Shown here in pieces: positions 28,128 to 37,151 of a DNA stretch of 64,000 bases. Under the pieces are notes generated by a model. The model was not told where the DNA came from, searched no databases, and worked only from the letters and a program-made list of their open reading frames with translations. Every line of letters begins with the position of its first letter. The first letter of the stretch is position 1. Source of the DNA: Candidatus Cybelea sp. (GTDB lineage: Bacteria; Vulcanimicrobiota; Vulcanimicrobiia; Vulcanimicrobiales; Vulcanimicrobiaceae); contig DATASC010000100.1 in the NCBI GenBank assembly GCA_036269355.1, positions 1,474 through 65,473 on the forward strand, in the 5' to 3' direction. Made by a program: the position numbers and the translations under genes.

Positions 28128-28655
28128 ATGACGGACAGCCACGACGACCGCGCGATTTTCGGCTCGCCGCTCGAAACGCCGGTCGGCACGCTGCAAATCG
28201 CCGTAAACGGGCGCGGTGTCGTGATTGAGATCCTGCTGCCGAACCGGCGGCCAGCCTACTCGCCGACGCGGGCGTTTCCGGTTGCGGCCGAGCGCGGAAT
28301 GCGCGCCGCGAAGGGGCAGCTGACCGAGTATTTTTCCGGAAAACGCCGCGTCTTCGACTTGCCGCTGGAGCCTCGCGGTTCGTCGTTCGAGCAAGATGTG
28401 TGGAACAAGCTTCTGTCCGTACCGTACGGCGTAACGATCTCGTACGGCGCGATCGCCGCGGACCTCGGATTGATCAACGGCGCGCGGGCCGTCGGACGCG
28501 CAAACGGCTCGAATCCGATTCCGATCGTGATCCCGTGCCACCGAGTGATCGGAGCCGACGGCCGGCTAACCGGTTATGGGGGCGGACTACCGCTCAAGCG
28601 GGTACTGCTCGAACTAGAAGGCGCGATCGCACCGCCCGAACCGCGCCTTTTTTAG
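28128..28655 (+). CDS. ogt: methylated-DNA--protein-cysteine methyltransferase
   Basis: Active site IPCHRV. Also contains VPYGVTISYGAIA and NGSNPIPIVIPCHRVIGADGRLTGYGGG. Confidence 0.92.
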   Translation: MTDSHDDRAIFGSPLETPVGTLQIAVNGRGVVIEILLPNRRPAYSPTRAFPVAAERGMRAAKGQLTEYFSGKRRVFDLPLEPRGSSFEQDVWNKLLSVPYGVTISYGAIAADLGLINGARAVGRANGSNPIPIVIPCHRVIGADGRLTGYGGGLPLKRVLLELEGAIAPPEPRLF

Positions 28656-28682
28656 CCGCGCGATCGAGGTCCTACATGGCCG

Positions 28683-29656
28683 CTAAAAGCCGAAATTTTG
28701 CCACTCCACGACGCCGTATGGGGTATCCTGGCCATTCGACACATTAATGGTGTGGATGAGCGTACCGCTTGGGTATTGAAGCACTCGGACTTGTCCACTT
28801 TGATCGCTCACATAGACTCGCTGATTGTCCGAACTGATCGACACGAACTGCGGCGAAAACCAGCCCGAACCTAACGTTCCGGATATGCTGGTATACGGCG
28901 GATCGATCACGTCCACCGCTCCGGTCCGATCGCAAACAACGAGCTTTCCGGCATTGTCGAGCACCATTCCCCACGGTTGCGCACTGAGGGAGAATGCAAC
29001 TCCTAACTGAACCGCGTTGCATCCGCCCCAAGCGGTAAGGCCCCCGGGATACTCGACGATGTGGGGATTTGTACCGGAGAAGTCGTAGCTTACGAACACG
29101 TCGCCACTAGCGTCAACGGCGACGCCTTCGGTAAACGCGTGGGGAGCCGGGTCGTAGCAAGGACGGTATTTGTGTCACGCTGGAACTGCTTAACAAAACC
29201 GTCTCCGCCGCCTGTAACGAACACGTAGTGTACGTTACCCAGCACCTGGGTCGTAACGTTACTAATCCCATCTGCGAGGCCGTTTGTATAGGTAAAGATC
29301 GGCACAGGATGGTTGGGGCGATACTCCTCTACGTTCGTGACATTAGCCACGTACAGGTATTTCTGATCGCTCCAGAGCCCGGTCGGATAATAACTTACGC
29401 CGTTGCTGAAGGATCCATTTGCACTCCAGGTGCCGTCCGCAAAGAGTCTGATTTTACTGTATCCATTATCGGCCACAAACAGGCTCTGCTGCCAAAGTAC
29501 TCCCGGATTCGGCGTCGTTACCGGGATAGCTGGCCTGACGCTTGAGGACAATGCCGAGCGGCCTGTCTGCAGTTCCCCGCCGGAGCACGCGGCGAGTGAG
29601 GCGACCGCGATCGCCACACCCAGAAGTGTCGGATAAAATCGCATGAGGGACCTCAA
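28683..29656 (-). pseudogene. frameshifted beta-propeller lipoprotein gene
   Basis: Two overlapping same-strand ORFs, 29090..29656 (lipobox LAAC) and 28683..29099. The downstream frame already encodes ...YDPAPHAFTEGVAVDASGDVFVSYDF upstream of its first start. Total length is 974 nt, which is not a multiple of 3. The shift lies near 29155-29170. GC is visibly lower than in the flanks. Confidence 0.6.
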
Positions 29657-29742
29657 TCAAAAAATACCGAGTGCTTAACCGCGCTGACGAACAGTGTGAG
29701 CATTCCTGCGAGCAAAGAGCCCGCGGAATGTGCACTTCCGCG

Positions 29743-29758
29743 TTGCAGCACTTAGAGC
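29743..29758 (+). repeat. 16-nt intergenic motif TTGCAGCACTTAGAGC (copy 1)
   Basis: Exact copy at 56173-56188. Both copies are preceded by GGAA(A)TGTG(C)ACTTC (29725-29739; 56145-56158). Confidence 0.6.
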
Positions 29759-29806
29759 GTACGCCGCAATAGTCAAGAAATCGTCAAGATTCCCGCGGGC
29801 ACGCAG

Positions 29807-30361
29807 TCACCTCTCGCCGCGATCGACCCCGTCGACCAGAATGCCGACGATGTTCTTCACGATCGGATCGGACGCAGACCGCGGCGCCTGGTGACGCCAG
29901 GTCATCGACGCACCGACGATGGCGGATGAAACGAGCATCGCCGTGCAATGTTCGAACCTCGCCTGGAGGAACTCGGTAAGCTGCGCCTCCATGGCACGCT
30001 CGAACTGCGGTTCGAAGTCACGATCGATGCGGCACTTCCGGTGCGTTCCAACGAACGCGAAGAGATTCGTCGCCACCGCCGAGAGCATCGCTCGCGTGTC
30101 TTCCACGCTCAGCGGGTCGCCCTCGGCGAGATGCACCGCGACATCCTCGCGAATCATCGCATCGAGCAGCGCAAACTTATCGGCGTAATGTGCGTAGAAC
30201 GTCGCGCGGTTTACGGTCGCGCGCTCGGCGACGTCCTGTACGGTGATCGATTCGAAGGCCTTCTCCGCCAATAGCGTCGTCAGCGCGTCGCGGATCAACT
30301 TGCGGGTTCGCGTGACGCGCGGATCGATCCGCGCGGGGCGCTCCGCGAGCAGAGTAGCCAT
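29807..30361 (-). CDS. TetR/AcrR-family transcriptional regulator
   Basis: N-terminal HTH TRKLIRDALTTLLAEKAFESITVQDVAERATVNRATFYAHYADKFALL. Confidence 0.9.
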   Translation of the reverse strand: MATLLAERPARIDPRVTRTRKLIRDALTTLLAEKAFESITVQDVAERATVNRATFYAHYADKFALLDAMIREDVAVHLAEGDPLSVEDTRAMLSAVATNLFAFVGTHRKCRIDRDFEPQFERAMEAQLTEFLQARFEHCTAMLVSSAIVGASMTWRHQAPRSASDPIVKNIVGILVDGVDRGER

Positions 30362-30428
30362 CAGTTTGGCGCTCTCGTCGGATAAGCAACACTTCTGCCC
30401 ATTTGTCGGTTGACCGGGACTTCCGACA

Positions 30429-30463
30429 GTCGTATTATACGCGACATAGGTCTATTATACGAC
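30429..30463. promoter_or_regulatory. tandem imperfect palindromes between TetR and YceI genes (candidate TetR operators)
   Basis: GTCGTATTATACGCGAC (30429-30445) and GTCTATTATACGAC (30450-30463). The core TATTATACG repeats with a 20-nt period. CGTAT-T-ATACG is a perfect inverted repeat. Confidence 0.5.
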
Positions 30464-30498
30464 AGATGTTGCCAAACGGCAAGTATGAAAGGAAGCCC

Positions 30499-31053
30499 AT
30501 GACCGCCCAACTGCAAGAAAAGAGCATCTACGCGCTCGATCCGGCCCATACGACCGTAGAGTTCGTCGTCCGCCACCTGATGATCACGAAGGTGCGCGGG
30601 CGCTTTACCGCCTTCGATGGACGGATCGAGCTCGCGCCGGAGAGCGATATCCCCACGCGGATCGCCGCCACGATCGACGCCGCCTCCATCGACACGCGAG
30701 AAGACCAGCGCGACGCGCACCTCCGCTCCGCCGATTTCTTCGATGTCGAGGAGTATCCGCAGCTCACGTTTGAGAGCGACCGGATCGACGGCACGCCGGA
30801 ACGCCTTACGATCGCCGGCAAGCTCACAATTCACGGCGTCACGCGTCCGATAACGTTGACCGGCAGCTTCGAAGGCCGCATCACCGATCCGTGGGGCGGA
30901 TTACGCGTCGGTTATGCGGCGCACGGCACGATCAACCGCAAAGACTTCGGCCTCACGTGGAACGCCGCACTCGAAACCGGCGGCGTCGTCGTCGGCGACG
31001 AGGTCCGCATCGAGCTGAACGTCGAGGCTACGCGCCAGGCGGCCGATAGTTAA
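30499..31053 (+). CDS. YceI-family protein
   Basis: ORF 30403..31053 trimmed to ATG 30499 (GAAAGGAAG upstream). Contains HTTVEFVVRHLMITKVRGRF, RDAHLRSADFFDVEEYPQLTF and LTIHGVTRPI. Confidence 0.9.
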   Translation: MTAQLQEKSIYALDPAHTTVEFVVRHLMITKVRGRFTAFDGRIELAPESDIPTRIAATIDAASIDTREDQRDAHLRSADFFDVEEYPQLTFESDRIDGTPERLTIAGKLTIHGVTRPITLTGSFEGRITDPWGGLRVGYAAHGTINRKDFGLTWNAALETGGVVVGDEVRIELNVEATRQAADS

Positions 31054-31348
31054 CGTGATGCTGAATCGCGCGATCGGCCTCTTCGACCGAAATCAACGGG
31101 ATGGTGGTGCTGTGTACCATTCCCGACGCGCGAACCGCGAACGCAATTGAGAGCGCCGCCTCCGCAGTCGGCAAGTCGATGACGATCACGGCGTCGCCCC
31201 CGCCGAACGCGAAGTAAAAACTTTCGAGTTTTCCTCCGAGCGAACCGACCAAATCCTCGACGGCCTTGCGGCGCTCCGATGCGGTGCTCTTCAATAATCC
31301 CTTGGTACCTTCGACCGTGTAGGTAGCCTGAACGAGAAACTTCGGCAT
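31028..31348 (-). CDS. GYD-domain protein
   Basis: 106 aa. Begins MPKFLVQATYT..G; contains FYFAFGGGDAVIVIDLP. Small alpha/beta family. Confidence 0.78.
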   Translation of the reverse strand: MPKFLVQATYTVEGTKGLLKSTASERRKAVEDLVGSLGGKLESFYFAFGGGDAVIVIDLPTAEAALSIAFAVRASGMVHSTTIPLISVEEADRAIQHHVNYRPPGA

Positions 31349-31349
31349 G

Positions 31350-31636
31350 CTAACGTCCTTCCGTGGGCAGTCCGGCTTCGACCCACGCTCGGTAACCGCC
31401 CTCGAGCGCGACGGCGTGGTAGCCGCGCTCGCTCAGCGGCTGCACGAGTTGCCGCTGCCGCAGTACAACACAACTTCTTCGTCCTTGTCGAACGGAAGGT
31501 CGTCTCCCGCTTCGAGCGCTTCGCCTTCGACGCGAATCGAACCGGGAATCTTGCGATCGTCGGGGTTCTTGCGAATATCGAAAACCGTAAGACGGTCGTT
31601 GCGATCGCGCAGCTCGGTAGGCTTGATCGGGTTCAA
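31350..31636 (-). pseudogene. rhodanese-like sulfurtransferase, interrupted by a frameshift
   Basis: ORF 31433..31636 ends just after the active-site loop VVLYCGSGNSCSR*. Another frame continues QPLSERGYHAVALEGGYRAWVEAGLPTEGR* to TAG 31350-31352. The 287-nt span is not divisible by 3. Confidence 0.6.
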
Positions 31637-31638
31637 CG

Positions 31639-32274
31639 CTACAACAGCCTCCGGACGTAGGGCGGCACGGGTATGTCCGAGCGAAGCTTCGGATCGGGAA
31701 TCGGATCGCCGAACGCGGTGCGCACCGGCAGCAAACCCGCCCAGATGTCGAGCGTCAAATCTTCTTCGATGTCTTTCGGCGGACCGGTGCGAATTTTTGC
31801 TGACGCTTCATCGATCGGGATTTTTACGACGATAGTTGCCGCGAGCTCGCCGGCGGTCGGCAGGCGTGCGTCGTTCCAGCGTCCGGGACAGATGTGCTCG
31901 GCGATCGCGGCGAACGCCGTTTCGCGTTCCTCCTCCGAGCGCACGACTTCACCGATGCCCATCGCAACCGCCGAGCGATAGTTCATCGAAGAGTGAAAGA
32001 CCGAGCGCGCGAGGACAATGTCGTCCACGATCGTGGCGGTTACGCAGAGCCGTGCACCGGCGGCGCCTTTGAGCCAGCGCGCAAGCACGGAGCCGTGCAG
32101 ATAGAGCGCCCGGGCGATGCGGGCGTGAATCGTCGGAAGTACGATCGGGCGGCCGTCTTCGGCGACGAAGCCGACGTGACAGATTTTCGCTTCGTCGAAG
32201 ATGGCGGCGATTGTATCGAAGTCGTATGCCGCGCGTTCCGCGAGGCGTCCTACGGTAGTCCGGTCGGTGCGCAT
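31639..32274 (-). CDS. pyridoxamine 5'-phosphate oxidase-family flavin-binding protein (Pyridox_ox_2-like)
   Basis: ORF 31639..32379 trimmed to ATG 32274. Contains RAAYDFDTIAAIFDEAKICHVGF..DGRPIVLPT...LYLHGS. Confidence 0.82.
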   Translation of the reverse strand: MRTDRTTVGRLAERAAYDFDTIAAIFDEAKICHVGFVAEDGRPIVLPTIHARIARALYLHGSVLARWLKGAAGARLCVTATIVDDIVLARSVFHSSMNYRSAVAMGIGEVVRSEEERETAFAAIAEHICPGRWNDARLPTAGELAATIVVKIPIDEASAKIRTGPPKDIEEDLTLDIWAGLLPVRTAFGDPIPDPKLRSDIPVPPYVRRLL

Positions 32275-32543
32275 GGCTGGAACTAAAACGCCCCGATGCC
32301 GTTCGGAGGCGCGCCGTTCTCCGGGGCCGTGCCGATTCCACCGGATCCGCAACCCGCGACCGCGAGCGCGGTGGCACACGGGACGATAACTTTCTTTAAC
32401 GCCATCGATCTCATGGCGATGTGCTATTGGCTATGAAACGACGGCGAACCCCTTAGGGGCTGATCGCGAAGCCGAGTTCAATGATGATGAGCCAAGACTC
32501 CCGAGAAGGAAGTCGGTATCTTCCTCCCGATTACGGGCTCCTT

Positions 32544-33536
32544 ATGTTCGTTCGCAATTTATTGCTTGGCTCGAGCTTAGCGCTTTTGAGCGCATGCTCG
32601 GGCGCTTTGTCGTCACCCGATGCATCGTCGCACGCCGTGCAGAGCACGACGCAGTACGGCACCGCCGCGGCTGCCCTCGATGCGCTGCGGCCATCTTGGA
32701 TGCGGCCTCCCCCGAAAAAGTCGAAAGCACACGTCGCCGTCGCTGAGTTCGGCGCGTCGGACGTCTTCCGGTTCAAAGAGGCCGACAAGAAGAACGCGCC
32801 GCCGAAGACCTGCGAACCGGCCTCGTCGACGAACGGCATCCGCATCGATCGTCACGGAAATTTGTGGGTTCCAAACGGAAAGGCAGATACAACCACCGAG
32901 TACGCGCCGAACTGCGGCAACGCCGAGCTCACCATTCCCGACCCGGACGGCGAGCCGGCCGACGTGAGCTTCGATCGGGTCGGAAACGTCTACATTTTGA
33001 ACATCAACAACGTGAGCGGCGCTCCGGTCGTTCACGTTTACAACTCGGCGGGAACCGAACTTCGGACGCTGACCGATCCCAGCTTCGCGGTGCTCTTCGG
33101 AGTCAACAGCGATAATAAGGGCAACGTCTTCGTCTCCAATCTCACGAGCGGCAACGTGGGAAACGTCGTCGAGTTCGCGCACGGAAAGATGCCCGGTAAG
33201 GCGCTCTCGGGCATAAGTTTGGGCCTGCCCGGCGCTCCGGTCTTCGACTCCGCGAACAACCTGATCATCAGCGATTGGCGCAACCATACGATCGACGTCT
33301 TCGCACCGCCCTATACGGGAGCGCCGAAAACGTCGACGCTGATGGGGTCGGCAATCTGGTGCCCGCTCGACCATTCGGAGCGCCACATTTATTGCGGCGA
33401 CGCCGGTCACGGCTCGATCGACGTTTACGCTTATCCAGGCGGCACGTATCTCTATAGTTACAGCGCGAGCCTCTCGGCAAACGCGCTGGTTACCGGAGTC
33501 GCACCCGATCCACCTTCGTCGTATTGGGGGCACTAA
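32544..33536 (+). CDS. beta-propeller lipoprotein (NHL-like)
   Basis: ORF 32481..33536 trimmed to ATG 32544. Lipobox LSAC. Repeats NGIRIDRHGNLWVPN, PADVSFDRVGNVYILN and FGVNSDNKGNVFVSN. Confidence 0.75.
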   Translation: MFVRNLLLGSSLALLSACSGALSSPDASSHAVQSTTQYGTAAAALDALRPSWMRPPPKKSKAHVAVAEFGASDVFRFKEADKKNAPPKTCEPASSTNGIRIDRHGNLWVPNGKADTTTEYAPNCGNAELTIPDPDGEPADVSFDRVGNVYILNINNVSGAPVVHVYNSAGTELRTLTDPSFAVLFGVNSDNKGNVFVSNLTSGNVGNVVEFAHGKMPGKALSGISLGLPGAPVFDSANNLIISDWRNHTIDVFAPPYTGAPKTSTLMGSAIWCPLDHSERHIYCGDAGHGSIDVYAYPGGTYLYSYSASLSANALVTGVAPDPPSSYWGH

Positions 33537-33552
33537 CTCCTAAGGAGAACCC

Positions 33553-34023
33553 GTGAAGCTACGAACGATTGCAGCCTCTCTCGCCTTGGCGCTCGTACCC
33601 GCACTGGCTGCCGCGACGCCTACCCCGCCGCCGGCGCCAATCGCGAGACTCGTTAATGCGGTAATTGCCGGCACCAACGCGGACGACGCGTCGGCGTTTA
33701 ACGGGCTTTTTACCGGCGACGCGGTCGTCGTCGATGAAAACGCGCCGTTCACCTGGCGCGGAGCGGGTGCGGGCGTCGCGTGGTGGCACGTCGTCGACGC
33801 CGTCACGCGAAAAGCGAAGCTGACGCACCTGCGAGCAGAGAACGTTCGCGTCGGCGAGTTCCAAGGCTCGGCAAACGACGCTTATCTCGTCCAGGCGCTA
33901 ACGGTAACGGGTGTCCTTGCGGGCGGCAAATCCTTCGCCGAACCGGGAACGATGACGTACACCTTCCATAAAACCGCAGGAGCGTGGCTGATTTCCACGA
34001 TGGTGTGGACGGCAAAGCCCTAG
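33553..34023 (+). CDS. secreted NTF2-like/SnoaL-like (DUF4440-type) protein, tentative
   Basis: GTG start preceded by AAGGAG. Signal peptide MKLRTIAASLALALVPALAAA. Size of about 130 aa after cleavage, and the pattern DASAFNGLFTGDAVVVDE...WLISTMVW. Confidence 0.55.
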   Translation: MKLRTIAASLALALVPALAAATPTPPPAPIARLVNAVIAGTNADDASAFNGLFTGDAVVVDENAPFTWRGAGAGVAWWHVVDAVTRKAKLTHLRAENVRVGEFQGSANDAYLVQALTVTGVLAGGKSFAEPGTMTYTFHKTAGAWLISTMVWTAKP

Positions 34024-34427
34024 CCGCCACGCTCTGCTGGGCGTTCGTCTTCGCGTTAGGCTGCGAACGGCGCGAACTTTCACTTGGCGCCGGGCATCCT
34101 TCCGGGCCAACACTTTTCGTTGCCGAAAGCATGTCTCTTCGTTGACCGACGCCCGATCGAAGCGTGCCTGCTTATTTCTTTCGACACGGGGAACGGCGTG
34201 CCGTGGATTCACAGCACCGATACCGGCCGCATCCCGCAGCGCGACGGTTTGGTAGAGCCGGGAACGAGCCTGGGATTTGCACCGCCGGGAGAATCGCAAG
34301 AGACGACGTCAGTGATCGCCGGCCCCGGCTTTGCCGATAAGATCAAGATACTGCCGATCCCAAGGAAGCCGGCGATTACGAACACTAGCATTCAGGCGTT
34401 CTTCGATCGGATCGTTACGTACGACGC

Positions 34428-34454
34428 GGCGCGCGGCGTAATCGCCGTCGCGCC
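34428..34454 (-). terminator. GC-rich hairpin 16 nt downstream of katG stop (no U-tract)
   Basis: GGCGCGCGGCG-TAAT-CGCCGTCGCGCC, an 11-bp stem with one bulged base. Confidence 0.4.
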
Positions 34455-34469
34455 GGTCGTTCCAAATCG

Positions 34470-36683
<2,214 letters not shown>

Positions 36684-36716
36684 TTATTCTCCGATACGGT
36701 GGAAGGTGGACAATTT

Positions 36717-36739
36717 GTGAAAGTGAATATCACTCTCAC
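36717..36739. promoter_or_regulatory. 23-bp inverted repeat in katG/fur divergent spacer (candidate Fur/PerR-type box)
   Basis: GTGAAAGTGA-ATA-TCACTCTCAC, with 9 of 10 arm positions complementary. It ends 1 nt before the fur-family ATG and begins 40 nt from the katG ATG. Confidence 0.5.
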
Positions 36740-36740
36740 A

Positions 36741-37133
36741 ATGGACAGACTCCTGCCGGCGAACTACCGGCTGATCCACAAGATCGTCGAGGAGAGCGGC
36801 GTCGGGCGCCATCTTACGTCGTCGGAAGTCTACGCGAAAGCGGCCAAGCGGCGGCCGGGGATCGGATTTTCGACCGTTTACCGCGGCCTCGCGCGGCTGC
36901 GCGATCTCGGTCTAATTTCGGAGCTGAGCGTTCCCGGTGCCGGCGCGGCGACCTACGAGCCGTCGGGTCCGAGGCACGCCCACTTCCGCTGCAGCGGCTG
37001 CGGCGAGATCGAGGACGTGAAGTTTGCCGTTCCGCCGCGGACGATCAAAGCGCTTGCGCTGCGCCATGGCTTCGAGATCGACGGCGAGCGCGTGACGTTC
37101 GAAGGCCGCTGCGCGGCCTGCGCCGCTTCCTAA
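36741..37133 (+). CDS. Fur-family transcriptional regulator (FurA/PerR-like by context)
   Basis: ORF 36480..37133 trimmed to ATG 36741. Winged helix TSSEVYAKAAKRRPGIGFSTVYRGLARLRDLGLI. Motifs HAHFRCSGCGEI and CAAC. Confidence 0.88.
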   Translation: MDRLLPANYRLIHKIVEESGVGRHLTSSEVYAKAAKRRPGIGFSTVYRGLARLRDLGLISELSVPGAGAATYEPSGPRHAHFRCSGCGEIEDVKFAVPPRTIKALALRHGFEIDGERVTFEGRCAACAAS

Positions 37134-37151
37134 TCTAGCGCAAAAGCAGAG

